Shown: positions 12,457 through 24,795 of the stretch, piece after piece | Position numbering within the stretch: position 1 is the stretch's first letter | Layout of the letters: every line of letters starts with the position of its first letter | Assembly: GCF_016433145.1 (NCBI RefSeq) | Contig: NC_058130.1 | Location: forward strand, 769,627,442 to 769,686,738 | Length of the DNA: 59,297 bases | Direction: 5' to 3' | Source of the DNA: Gracilinanus agilis | Lineage: Eukaryota | The notes under the pieces: generated by a model | Database searches by the model: none | Told to the model about the DNA's origin: nothing | The model's input: the letters and a program-made list of their open reading frames with translations, nothing else | Made by a program: the position numbers and the translations under genes

Positions 12457-12859
12457 GTAAAGCTGGACAGTGGGCGCAGCCACGTGGGCAGGGGGTGCAG
12501 GGAGCCCAGTGCCCAGTGGCCCTGGAGTGGGAGCAGAGGACGGAGGGGCCGTGCGAGGGTGGGCTGCAAGGACAGACCCTCCTGGGGAGGATCTCGGGCA
12601 GCTGCCGGCCTCGGGGGTCCCTGGGGAGGCTGTGACAGTGGGATGGGAGCAGCTGGTCTAATCCAGGAAGGGGGCCGCGAGCTTATTACTTTTGGATGGA
12701 CGCATGAGGACAATTCAGACCTAGAGAAGTCGGGGATCTTCGTTTGTTCCTGCCAGTTTGTATCCCGGACTGTGCAAGTGAAGAAGGGGGGCAGTGGGTA
12801 GAGTTACCCTTGCAGGGAGAGGGAGGCTGACAGTCTCTCTTTTCTCTTTTTCCCTCCAG

Positions 12860-12905
12860 CAACAGCCTGAAGTGACCCACCAGCAAATAAGTTGCCGCAT
12901 TCGAG
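12860..12905 (+). CDS. USP30: USP30 exon 6 (QQPEVTHQQISCRIR)
   Basis: ctccag|CAA...CGAG|gtagtc; 46 nt; keeps frame with the neighbouring exons. Confidence 0.9.
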
Positions 12906-13601
12906 GTAGTCATTTTGTTTTCTCTTGGTGTCTGTCACATGAAAAGTCTGTTTTCTAGATATGATCATCAGGTTTTTGGCCGGTGCCTGGACTGCACTGT
13001 CCAGGTGGGCTCCCTCCCCTCAGGAGAACTCCCAAGACCTTTGCCACTGGCTCTTGCTGTTGTTTTCAGATAGAACCTTGACCTTCTGTCTCACATCGAT
13101 CCTCGTTTCGAGGCAGAGAGTGGTCAGGCTGGGCACTTGGGCTCAGACTTGCCCAGGTCACCCTCTCTACCCACCCCCACCTCGCTGCCCACTCTCTTCA
13201 CGTTACCTCTAACAAAGCAAGTAGAACTTTAAACCCAGCTTTTCTTTTTCCTTGAAGGATTGATGAACCTATAATGAACTTAAATAATGAAATCATTCCT
13301 AGCCTATCAATGTCAGCCAACTCTGATGCCAAAAATGTTAAGGACTTGGAGTGAGGAGACATTTCCCCCCCACTAATGAGCCAGGTGACCTTAGACGAGT
13401 CTCTTAACCTCTGGGCCTAAATTTTCTTATCTTTTTATGAATAAGAAGGCTGTGAATTATGACTCCTGAGGTTCCTTCTAGCTATAATGTCTCTGATTCA
13501 TGATCTACTTTATTAATAGCTCTTAAGAAGGTGAAAAAATCGGTGACATTTGCTCTAATTTGAAACTTAATTTTTCAGTTATTGTTTAAAAAAAAAGACA
13601 A

Positions 13602-13820
13602 GGGGCAGCTAGGTGGCTCAGTGGATAGAGAGCCAGATCTGGAGACAGAAGGTCCTGAGTTCAAACCTAGCCTCAGATACTTCCTAGCTGTGTGACCCTT
13701 GACAAGTCATTCCCCCTTTTCTCTCCCCCCCCATTGCTTAGCTCTTATTGCTCTTTGGTCCTAGAACTGAAACTTGATATTGATTCTAAGATGGAAGGCA
13801 AAGGTTTAAAAAAAAAAAAC
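13602..13820 (+). mobile_element. Marsupial SINE (SINE1_Mdo-like), full length
   Basis: ggggcagctaggtggctcagtggatagag...gatggaaggcaaaggttt followed by poly-A. Confidence 0.85.
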
Positions 13821-14083
13821 ACCACCAAAAATGCCAGGCAGTCAGAGGTAGTAGATAGGAAACTAATTACTCTTGAGATGGATAAGTTCTGGATTCAAGT
13901 TCCATCTCAGACAGAGGCAGGCTCTGGAAGTCTTTTGGCCTCTCCATCCCCCAGGCAACAACCCTCAGGCAATGTAAAGTGCAGGGAAGGCACCAGTCTG
14001 CTGCATTGGGGAGGAGAATTTGGACACGGGAGCACTCCTTACTCTAATGGGGGGAAAAAAACAGAACTGCTAGAATAAAGTCA

Positions 14084-14710
14084 TTTTTTTTTAACCCTTA
14101 CCTTCCATCTTGGAGTCAATACTGTGTATTGGCTCCAAGCAGAAGAGCAGTAAGGGCCAGGCAATGGGGGTTAGGTGACTTGCCCAGGGTCACACGGCTA
14201 GAACGTGTCTGATGCCAGATTTGAACCCAGGATGTTCCATCTCCAGGTCTATCACTCAATCCACTGAGCTACCTAGCTACCCCCAAACAAGGTCATTTCT
14301 TTTCTTTTTTTTATCTTTTTTTTTTAATGCTTATTTTCTATCACAGTAACAACTCTAGGACAGAAGGGCAGAGACTAGGCACTTGGGGTTGAATGATAGC
14401 CCAGGGTCACACAGCTAGGAAGCATCTGAAGCTACATTTGAACCCAGGACCTCCCAACTCTGATGCTCTATCCACTATGCTACCTAGCTGCACCAAATTC
14501 CTTTTTTTTCTTTTTTCTTTTTTTTTTAATCCTTACCTTTTGTCTTAAATTCAATACTGTGTTTTGGTTCCAAGGCAAGAGAGTAGTAAGGGCTAGGCGA
14601 TGGGTATGAAGTGACATGTCCAAGGTCACACAACTTGGAAGCATATGAGGCCACCTTTGAACCCAGGATTATCTGGCTCTTAATTCACTGAGCCACTTAG
14701 TTGCCCTGCC
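14084..14710 (-). mobile_element. Cluster of three reverse marsupial SINEs
   Basis: Three poly-T plus reverse SINE bodies at ~14084-14284, ~14310-14491 and ~14501-14710. Confidence 0.8.
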
Positions 14711-15329
14711 CCAGATTTCTTTTGAAGAAACTAAAGCTGAAGGGAGCCTTTGCCTTCCTTAGCCAGAGGAGTATCCCCACAGGCTATGACAGTGATGGTG
14801 AACCTATGGCACAGGTGCCAAAGATGGCACACAGAATGCTCTCTGTGCCCCTCGGTTTGTTGCTAGAAAGGCAGAGGGACTTGGGCAGAGCTGCTCCCCT
14901 CTCCTTCTCTACACTTGCTGAGGACATGCCTCACTTCACCTAGCCCTCTGCCCCAGCAACCCAATGGGAGCGCTTTCTCCCTCCCCTGCAGGGGTGGATA
15001 AGGGGAGAGGACTTGGCACTAAGTGGGGGAGGCGGCCACGACACTTGGTTTGGGGGGGCTGGGGGCAGGGCCCAGCATTCTGTCTCTAAAAAGTTTGCCA
15101 TCACTGGCCTATGAGAATCCAGGACTTTTAAGTCTCTGTCCAATCTTGGGGCCCTAAAATCCAGCACTTGCTACATGAATGTGCTTAATAATTGCTATTG
15201 GTTGATTGAATTGTTTGGGATCTTAAAACCTTAAATATTTTTTAAAGTTTTCTCTTTCATGGCCCTAAAATTATTTTTCTTTTAAATGTGCTATTTAAAA
15301 AGATAGGTTTCATTTTATTTTAGGAAAGA

Positions 15330-15530
15330 ATTTTAAAAAAATTTAAAATTTTTATATGTTTTAATTATGTAAAGAAACAATTTTAACATTAAAATTTTTT
15401 TGAGTTCCAAATTTTTTCCCTCCCTTACCCCTCCCCCCCAGAAGATAAGCAGTTTATATGGATTATATATATATATGTAGTTGTGCAAGATATATTTCTA
15501 TATTAGCCAATGTGTTTCATTTTCAAATTG
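15330..15530 (-). mobile_element. L1 3' UTR relic
   Basis: T-rich ttgagttccaaattttttccctccct...gattatat...atatttctatattag, typical of a reversed marsupial L1 3' end. Confidence 0.5.
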
Positions 15531-15720
15531 GATTTGTCTGAAAGAAATCTGGGAATGTCTCACCAGTCATGCTACAGAAATCAATGGGTAAATAGATTTT
15601 AGTTATAGATGTCCTTTCTGCTCCCCCAATGGAGGAGCCTCCATGGAGTCAAGGGGCAGAGGTTTGGGGAGGATGATAAAGGATAAAAGGCGTCGAGCTG
15701 AAGGCTGTTTTCTATTCCAG

Positions 15721-15815
15721 GGGCGCTGCACCCCATGTCTAGCACCTGGAAGTCTCAGCACCCTTTCCATGGGAGACTGACTAGTAACATGGTTTGCAAA
15801 CACTGTGAACACCAG
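15721..15815 (+). CDS. USP30: USP30 exon 7 (..WKSQHPFHGRLTSNMVCKHCEHQ)
   Basis: ttccag|GG...CAG|gtaagt; 95 nt; zinc-finger CxxC. Confidence 0.97.
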
Positions 15816-16470
15816 GTAAGTAAGATGCGTTCCCAGGATCCCATGGGAGGGAGGGCTCCGGACCAGGCTCTACCTCTGTGGCCCAGCTTGGGCCCAGGGA
15901 AGCACATTAATAAGCTCTTCTTGTAGATTGCTTTTACATTAAAGGAGACACATTAGACATTGATGAGCTGAATACAGGGACTGGATCTCTACACAACTAT
16001 GAATTCCCCGATCTGTTGGGTTTTATTGTTGTTTTTAGAAATAGCCTTTAATTAAATAGAAGTAGACATAGGGTTGAAGACTCAGAACTAGAAGGGACCT
16101 AAGAGACTACCAGTCCAGCCTCAAATGAGGAAACTGAGGCCCTTAACCTGGCCTAGGTTAGTAAGTGCTCAATCAGAGGTCTGAACCCAGCCCTGCTTGG
16201 CCTCCTTAATTTGGGCAAACAAACCCCAAATCTCAGGACAGGAAGTCACTTACGTGGGCCACCATCTGATGGGCACTCATGCAGCCTTTGCTCGAAGGCC
16301 TCCAGGCCATCTGATCCTGAGCCTAGATTGGCCTCTGTGCAACACCCAGCCATCGTGGTCCCACCTTCCCCCTTGTCCACGAGGCAGTGAGACAGATTTC
16401 CTGGTGGGTATTCTGTGATGTCTTCGCTTGAACTTTTACCGTTTGCAATTTCTGCCCTGTTTTGTTTCAG

Positions 16471-16530
16471 AGTCCTGTGAGATACGATACCTTTGACAGC
16501 CTTTCCTTAAGTATTCCAGCTGCCACGTGG
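16471..16530 (+). CDS. USP30: USP30 exon 8 (SPVRYDTFDSLSLSIPAATW)
   Basis: tttcag|AGT...TGG|gtaggt; 60 nt. Confidence 0.97.
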
Positions 16531-17034
16531 GTAGGTACTGAGCTGTGGCTTGCTTTTTCTCTGATACGTAGAAACGTAGACCTGGAGAGGTCCTTAAGAG
16601 TCCCTCTGATGTAGGCAGGTAAACCCCTAAATCCTCCCTGAACGTGTCGTACCTGGGATTTATTCTCCATTGGTGATCTGCGTTGTCAGCCCGGTGTCAC
16701 TAGAAATTTGGATGTTTTTCTATTGAATGCTTTGGTTTTGCCTGGCTGCTGAGTACACTATTATTTTTTCAAATTTTAGAAACCCCTCCCGTAGCGCTCA
16801 GATGTCCCTGACTTCCTTTTTACCCATTTACTCTGATCGTGTCTGCCAAGCTAAAGTTTCCAGGGTAAGGTTTCTGGGCTCCACGGCCATGCGAGGAAGC
16901 TTTCACTGGTGCTCCTAGGATATTTGTTCTATCTAGAGAAGGGAGAATTAGAGGGTTTCTAGCCATCTTCTAGTACAGTTTATATGTGGATGTCTTTTGT
17001 ATTATAGAAGTGAATTTCTTCTCTCATGCTCTAG

Positions 17035-17121
17035 GGTCGTCCTTTGACTCTGGACCACTGCCTTCATCATTTCATCTCATCAGAATCAGTTAGGGATGTT
17101 GTGTGTGACAATTGCACCAAG
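17035..17121 (+). CDS. USP30: USP30 exon 9 (GRPLTLDHCLHHFISSESVRDVVCDNCTK)
   Basis: ctctag|GGT...AAG|gtatct; 87 nt; second CxxC. Confidence 0.97.
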
Positions 17122-17758
17122 GTATCTGTCCCTGCCCAGCCGCCCGCCCTCCCTCCTGCCTGCTCTCTGCTTCCTGTAGCTCCTCTCCCAGGAGGCCCCG
17201 AGCTCTCTGGCTGCCTCCACTGACACACGGAGCCAGGGACGATGAGTTGTAGAGGCTGTTGTCCGAGCAGGATGGAAGTATCTGAATGGATTCTTCATCT
17301 TGCCTTTCCCTCCCCCCTGCTGGGGTCAGGGGAGATCATGAAGGAGTGATGGGGCAGTTAAGTTCATTAGGGTAGGTAGAGGCCAGAGGTGTGACTTAAG
17401 TGAGCAGCCCAGGTGAGGACATTTAGCTTTGGCCTCAGCTGCAGCCTCCATTAGAAGGTAAATGAAGACGGCCCATGTTCTTTGCAGTGGGTCACAGTTT
17501 ATACAACACTTCTACATCCATTATCTCATTCATGTCTCAACAACCATAGGAGGAAGGTGGGACCCACTTAATATTTTTGTATTTAAAAGGGGAAATACTT
17601 CTCAGAGAGGTTAGATGACTTGCTCCGAGGTCCCCAAGGCAGGACTCTGAGCCAGGCCTTGTGGCTCGGGCCTGGGCTCCTTCCACAGTACCGCCCTTCT
17701 CCTTCCCTTCACTTTGTGGGGATGCCCACCGCAGGGCTGTCCTCGACTTTGATTTCAG

Positions 17759-17839
17759 ATCGAGGCAGAAGGGACCCTGAATGGGGAAGTGGTCGAGCAC
17801 CAGAGAACCACATTTGTCAAACAGTTGAAGCTTGGCAAG
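17759..17839 (+). CDS. USP30: USP30 exon 10 (IEAEGTLNGEVVEHQRTTFVKQLKLGK)
   Basis: tttcag|ATC...AAG|gtgaga; 81 nt. Confidence 0.97.
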
Positions 17840-17936
17840 GTGAGATGATGCATGTGACGTGTTTCTTGGGGGGCGCTCCCAGAGGCTGCGCGGGGGACTC
17901 AAGGTTTGCCCTCCCCTGTCACGTGTGTCCCCGTAG

Positions 17937-18156
17937 CTTCCTCAGTGTTTGTGCATCCATCTGCAAAGACTGAGCTGGTCCAACCAGGGCACGCCTCTGA
18001 AACGCCACGAACACGTACAATTTAATGAATTCCTCATCATGGACATCTATAAGTATCACCTCCCTGGCTGCAAGCCACGCCAGCATCACCCCAGACCGAA
18101 GGAAAGCGCCGGGCCCGTGCCTGAAGGGAAGGATGGCATGTCAGCCCCTGCACCAG
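17937..18156 (+). CDS. USP30: USP30 exon 11 (LPQCLCIHLQRLSW...)
   Basis: ccgtag|CTT...CCAG|gtattg; 220 nt; follows a 97-nt intron. Confidence 0.97.
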
Positions 18157-18499
18157 GTATTGGCAGACGGATAAGTCATTCGGGGTCCCGGGCCATTCTA
18201 GAGTGAGGGGGGGGCGTGGAAGCAGGAGGCCGCGGCCTCCAGAGTCTCCGCACACAGACTTAAGTCTGAGGAAGGCAGGCACGGGGGGACCCGACACCGC
18301 GCTCCACGTCACTCCCACAGTGATGCGATTTTGTGCTAGAGAACAGGATGGGGCGTGTGGGGGGCTGTTATGTGGATCTTTTATTGATGGGAGGGGGGGG
18401 TTCCTACATGTGATCCTGGGCTTCCACGAGGGGAGGAAACTCCTCATGTGGAACTCTTGACTGCCTGTCCCAGTGCAGCTTAGTGTCAGAGAGTCGCTG

Positions 18500-19320
18500 A
18501 GACGGTAAGTGAGTCATTTAACTGGAGAATCATTTCACTCTGCTCTCCTCATAGATGACTCCCAGATTAGCAGACGGAGCCCCTTCTCTTCTGAGCGTCA
18601 GGCCCCCAGCAGCACATTTCAGACTAGATGTCTCAGAGGCATCTCAGCATGCCTCAGCATGAAGGTGGCCCAAACAGAAAATTTCCCCCTAAATCCCTCC
18701 CTTTACCAAATTGAACCCTGGCTGCCAAAGACATCATCAGGTTGTACTAGGATCGTCACTTGGCTTAGGAAGGACCACGTGGTTTCTCTCACTCTTTGAA
18801 GCTCAGTTTTAAATGTAAGCTTGCCCCACGGGTCGAATCTGCTGCCAGATCTTGCTATTGGTTCTTCCACAACATCTCTTCCATCGAGCCCAGCTCTTGA
18901 CTCACACAGCCGCCGTCACCTCTCACCTGGACTGTTGCAACGACCTCCTGGCAGGTCGGTTTTCCTGCCGTGAGCCCCATCAGTCTCACTGCCCACCCTG
19001 GCACATTCCCAGGGCTCCCCGTCCATTGTCCTTCAGCACGCATCCGACTGGGTCACTCCCACCCTGGGCCAACTCCCCTGGCTCCAGACTGCTGCTAGGT
19101 GAGGACAGGAGGCCCTCTGTGGAGCTTTGAAAGCCCTCACACTTTAGCCGCCATCCAAACGAGCGTTCTCTCTCTCATGGCCCTTCTTCTAGCCTCATGC
19201 CTTCTTTCAGAATGCCGCTCCAGGACTTCCTTCTGCATAAAACCTTTTCTGTTCCCCTTCAGCTACTTTGTATGTATTCATACTTATTCTGACTATTCTC
19301 ATGTAGTAAGAACAACTGGG
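18500..19320 (+). mobile_element. Degenerate L2 LINE fragment
   Basis: ctcacctggactgttgcaacgacctcctgg...gctttgaaagccctcac...ccttctgcataaaacctttt follows the L2 3' region text. Confidence 0.65.
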
Positions 19321-19419
19321 GTCTGGCTCACTTTTGAGTTAACCTCTCAGCTTGTTCTAAATTTGTCCCCATTTTTAATTGTGTCATCCCAACCTCTAGA
19401 ACAAATCTGGTGTCTATTT

Positions 19420-21900
19420 TAATTTTTTAAAATTAAGCTTGCAATCTCTTTCTCATTAATTAGTTAGCTCAAACCCTCTCCTCCATTCATTTAATATTAT
19501 TTATTGCATGAACTAAAAAAATTCCCTTACCTAGTAGTATTCATATCTTTAATTTAATACTTTAATCTCCTGTGATTAAATATTCAGATGACCAAGTATG
19601 TCATTTATTAATAAATTAAGTCATTAAACAAAACTAGTCAAAGATGATTATTTAGACTATTTTGGCTTTGTGAAGGATCACAGCCAGAGTTGCTCTAGAC
19701 CCTCAGATCCTCACTCTAATAGAAGACAATTTCTTTTCTTCTTTTTCTAGAAACACAAGTTCACTCTTCAGTTTAATCCAGATACTGACTAAAGCCTCTC
19801 CGAAAATTGCTTCCTCATTTCTCCTCAAGATGAGTTAACTAACTTCCTAAATTCAAATGAGACCTTTTGGTCTTCTGTCTTCTCTTTAGCCATCACAAAT
19901 GACAATCTTTAGCGCCTCTCAAGCTATCACTCTTAATATAGCCTCTCTCCAAGCTTATTCCTTATACAGCTCCTTTTTTATGCCTCTTCACAAAATACAT
20001 TTCCAGATAATCTTCACAAGAAGTTTCTCCTCTTTTTTTTTGTGTCTTCTCCACAGTTTATCTCATTGAGTTTCGTAGGGCAAAGATAAAAAGCCAAACA
20101 CGTTTCCCGATTCCAAAGGGAGAAGCACCTCGGAAGGATGACTGTTATATCTGTAACGTTCAACCAGCAGCACAAGTGAACTTTTCCACAATATTACATT
20201 TGGTTCTTCTCATCCATAGCCTGTGGAAGAGCTTCTAGTAGGCTGTAGCTCCTTCAGTATCCTATTGATCCTTCTCTCAGTGAGCTGATGTCTATAAGCT
20301 TCTATCAGTAGTTTTAGAACTCCTTGGGCTTTTGTTTACCCCAAGGAGCTCAGCCATATCACATTTCTCTCCTGCTCTCTGAACACCAACATTTCCCAGA
20401 ACTTTGCCATCTTGATTCACTTAGTGATTTCAACAAACCTTAGTTGTCTCATTATCATCCCTTGTTTCTCAGGCTTGACTTCTTGGACTTGAGCTTCTTC
20501 TGAACCAAAGAGAATTCTCCTTTTGAACACACTTCATGAATTCATGGCCATCCCATTCATATTCTTTAACAGAAAACTTTCCTGCTTTTCCCATTGTCTA
20601 TTTGGAGTATTCTTTTTTGTATTAAACTGTTGTTAGCTGACTGATGGATAAGGTCATTGTGATTGGTTTTGGGTCCCAGACCATCTCCACCCCTGGCTCC
20701 CACACACAGATCCAGCCTTCCTCTGAGGCACATTCATCACTCCTATCTCCATCCATATACAGTTGTAACAAAAGATATTTCTGTTACTCCTCTTGTACTG
20801 ACTGTGCTGGTCACGCTCTCGTATGGTGGACTGGGCCTGACGCAAGCCCATCGTCCCTGATGGAGTCGATCTGATATGGGAACGAAAGCGGACACTTGTG
20901 GGTCATTTTGTAGCTAACAAAGCCACGAACTAAGCCCTGGCAGAGGACAGACATTTAGCAGTCGGTAGGAACCTCGGGAGATTCAGTGGAGCCCAGCTGT
21001 CCAGTGATGGTAGGGGTCAGGAGCCTCACAGAGGCCAGAGGGAACTTCGCACAGCCTTTTCTACTCAGTTGAAGGGGCCTCGGGCACAGCAATGACCCGA
21101 GTCAGTCATGTCTCAAGGAAGGGACCTCCCCATCGGCCAGGAGAGCTGCTCCTTCATGGCAGAGCCCCAGCAAAGACTTTGCCTCTAGGGTCTTGCAACA
21201 GACGGCAGTAACCTTGGTTCTCTTGGCCCTTCATCTTCACAAAGAAGTGATTTTGTCTCGCATTTTTCCATCTATAACACAGATGTCTCTGAATCTGTAC
21301 TCTCAGAGAGACTCTATAGGAGGATGCTCTTGGTGCCCTTTGGCAGTCTGGCAAGGCCAAGACACTCCTTCTCAGGCTTGTGTCTCTAGTCCATAAAATA
21401 TAATGCCCACCAGTTACAAGGGAAACCCAATTAGGGTGAAATAGTGATGAGGTTTTTTTTTTTTTCCACACAGGTTCATGGGCTCCCTGCTCTGGAGTTA
21501 GTCAATCTAGGGTGCCCCTGTTGGGAAACTTCCTGTGCCTAGACTCTGTTTCTCCTGTCAGTATTTTCCCAGCCAGCTCTGGGGATCCCACCCTAGCTTC
21601 CCACTTGGATGAGTTCTCCCCATTTTTTCTAGGTGATGTAGCTGGGTCCTTCTCCAGGAGGCTCTGCCCCTGCCAGGCAGCTCAGATAGTTCCATCTTCT
21701 TGCTCTCAGGCCACCTTTTCTTAGGAAGGCTTCTGCCTTCTTGACCAGCTCTTCAGAAAGGTCTCTGCTGTTAATGGTTGCATGATCTAATAGACTGAGT
21801 AATTCACAGAGTGTGGATTGATGAGACCCTCCCGGCCTGACTGCCAGTGGCCTTCCCATTTACACAAAGTAGTCCCAGCAACCTGGTAGAAGGTTTGGTT
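19420..21900 (-). pseudogene. Decayed retroposed insert; candidate filovirus nucleoprotein-derived endogenous viral element
   Basis: Purine-rich minus strand with broken reading frames, an AT-rich 3' tail with AATAAA (19505-19500), and ordered peptide remnants resembling ebolavirus NP (see findings). Hand alignment from memory only. Confidence 0.45.
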
Positions 21901-22006
21901 CTTTAGCAGACTGTTGGATAAGCAATGCTAGTTTCCAAGGCTGATCACCCCAAGGGTGCCGAAGGCACTGCTGCTCTGTATTGCCAAAGACCCCTTTCTC
22001 TTGCAG

Positions 22007-22118
22007 CCTCAGTTCAGCCCGGCAGGACCAAAGCACTTTTTGTCAATGGGGCCTGCTCCTCCCCAACGCTGCTGCCATCCCCAGGGACTTTCTCCCTTCC
22101 AGGTGTTCCTGACTATAG
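22007..22118 (+). CDS. USP30: USP30 exon 12 (SVQPGRTKALFVNGACSSPTLLPSPGTFSLPGVPDY)
   Basis: ttgcag|CC...TATAG|gtaagt; 112 nt; frame-consistent. Confidence 0.93.
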
Positions 22119-22730
22119 GTAAGTGGCTGCCTCTGCTTTCATCTCAAGCATTGTATGTTGCTGGGCCTTTTCCTAGTCTTGTTTCATTCTTAGACACCTA
22201 CCATAGTGCCCGGCATAGAAGAAATCCTTATTGGTTGATCTTGAACATTTGTAGGAGCAAATCAGTACCGTCCAATATATTTGTTCACAAGGCTCCAAAG
22301 ACAGCCTTTGTTTTCTCTTAGATTTAAAGATGGATTTCATGGTATAAAACGGGAAAGTGTATTCAAATCCTGACTCTCACTCTTTCTTGCTTTTGGGTTC
22401 TGGGCCAACTTAAAATTAACCACTCTAGAGTCATCGAGGTAGCACAGTGGCTAGAGCACCAGGCCTAGAGCCAGGAGGATCTGAGTTCAGATCTGGCCTG
22501 ATACTTTCCAGTTATGTGACCCTGGGCAAGTCATTTAACCCCAGTTGTCTAGCCTTTGCTGCTGCTTTTCTTAGAATTGATACTAAGAAGATAAGGATTT
22601 TAAAACATATTGGCCACTCTGGGCTTTTGCTTCTTCATCTAAACGTGGTGGTGGACTAGATGGGACTTCCTACCTCAAAGTGCTGTGGCCCTAGCTTTTC
22701 CTATAATGTGTTTGTTTGCTTGGCCTTCAG

Positions 22731-22998
22731 CTCTTCTGTGTACCTCTTCCGGCTGATGGCTGTTGTGGTCCATCATGGAGACATGCATTCTGGACACTTT
22801 GTGACTTACCGACGCTCCCCCCCTTCTGCCAAGAACCCTCTCTCTGCCAGCAGCCAGTGGCTGTGGATCTCGGACGACACTGTGCGGAAGGCAAGCTTGC
22901 AGGAGGTTTTATCTTCGAGTGCTTATCTGCTCTTTTACGAGCGGGTCCTTTCGAAAGCCCAGCAACACCAAAGCCAGGAGTACAAATCTGAAGAGTGA
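22731..22998 (+). CDS. USP30: USP30 last coding exon (His box HHGDMHSGHF, WISDD; stop TGA 22996-22998)
   Basis: cttcag|C TCT...; catalytic His and the USP30-typical Ser present; ends YKSEE*. Confidence 0.98.
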
Positions 22999-24795
22999 AA
23001 CTACCTGAGAGCTGGGCCTAGGGGAGTGCTCAGAACCGTGCAGAAAAAAAAATGAAAAACCCTCAATTTTTCTCTGTATACCTTATGAAAATAGCCCGAC
23101 TCTAGTCCCTCAACATTCCGGTGTGGCGGTGACGGCAAGCTCTCTCGGCAGGAGCCGTCATCTCCGATCCATGCCCAAACCAAGCTACCAGAAGCAAGCC
23201 TGCCAATGGTGTGCCCTGTGGAGTGTCACTGGGTTAGAAAGCATCCATGATGTCTACAAAACCCTTTGCCCTGCCCTGACACAGGGGACTGCAGAGCTCC
23301 AGACGCCCGAGGCCACTTTTTCCTACTTGGATGTGTAAATTGCAAGTTTTAAGGAGATTCACTTGTTTTATTCTTTAAAAATTCCAGTCAGATTTCTCTT
23401 TCTAAAAAAATCAGGCCTGTAGAAGCTGTGAACGAGAATTACCCTAGTTATTAAAGGCAGTGATTTAAAAGAAAAGAAGTGCCTTCCCCTTGTTTAAATG
23501 ATCACAGTCCAGCCGACTGCTTTTGTAACGGCCCGGCCAAATATGTGATGAGAGACCTTTGGGAACAGCCGACTCCTCTGATTCTCAGTGGAGGGACAGA
23601 CGCAGCCCCATTTTGTATGTCCTTTTCTAACAGGTCAGGTCTTTCCGTGTGGGAAGAGGACCCGGCCGAGGCTAAGCTGCCATGAGGGTGCCTTGGGGCG
23701 TTTGGGGGTTCTAAGGGTGGTGAGCCCACTCGGCTGGTCAGCTGAGGCTGGGAGACTGGGGCAGGCCTAGCAGGGACCTTAGGAGCTGGATCACAAGGGG
23801 TACGAGTTCAAGCCAGTCTTGGCCTGCTACCAGGCAGGGCTTGTCTCTTTTTTAAAAAGCGGTTCCAGCAGCCATGTAGATCAGTGGCCTTTATCACCCA
23901 GTGTGCTCTTTCACCACCCCAAGTCTAATTCTGGACCCTCCCACACCCCACAGCCCTCTGCACGGTATTTATTAGACAGGATGAAAGACAACACCAAATT
24001 GAATCATGTTTTCATCGCCTCTTTTCAGAGTTGTAAGTCCAGGCACTCTAGGGCTGACAGACTTGTTAGTGTCTAGGGTTGGCCTGTGTGTTTTAGTTAA
24101 GGTTTTGAAAAAATAAAAAGATAAAGCAAGCATTAAGTCTGTGCTAAAATTGCAAACCCTCTAGGGAGGAGAGTTGGACCTGGATCCCCAAAGCCGGTGG
24201 TTCTGTGGCCGGCCCCCCTCTGCCTATGGGTCTGAGCCAGAAGGTGCATTTGTGTAAGCAGTTCAGAGGAGGCCTCCTTCCCAGGATGGGCCCAGCAGTG
24301 GCTGCCCTGGAGCTGCCCTGGGCCAGGAGGCCTGCTGGGAAAGGGCCCAAGCTCCCAGGCAGGTCCCAGTCAGGGCAGCTCCGAAACAAATGGATCCGCT
24401 GTGGCCCAGGCCAGGGAAGCAGCCTGCACTCTGGAGGGAGGACTTGCCAGAATGCCACAGCTTCCTCTGAGGGGGAACAAGGAGGTTTGCACAACCACCA
24501 GCATCTCTCTACAGGCCAGAAGGGAGGCCGAGGACCTGGCGGATGAAGGCTGCACCCTGAAGCCAGACTGATTCTGAGGTGGGGCAGTTCCCTACAGCAG
24601 AACCCCGAGTTAATAAACGAGGAGCTTGGACCCAAACCAGCGGGCGGTGGGGCTGCTCCCATCCCCCTTTTTGTACCCGCTCTGTGGATTATGGCAATAA
24701 AGAATGATGTTCTTAGAACAGCTCACTGGTGGTGGTTTTGCAACTTTACTGTTCATTTCAAAAGCAAACACAGACATGGGAGACGACAGTCCTTT

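Noticed and set aside
20040-20110. FYLCP...CG, resembling a gammaretroviral env SU motif
   Set aside because: Isolated 5-mer; no other env, pol or LTR features in the insert.
20550-20830. Resemblance to bornavirus nucleoprotein (PYESVTSTVSTRG...YG vs PRESYLSTPVTRG...YG; QLTT..KEY..M vs QMTT..KEY..M)
   Set aside because: Only two short blocks, in different frames, with spacing incompatible with the viral protein. It shows that chance matches of this size occur, so the filovirus call also needs a real search.
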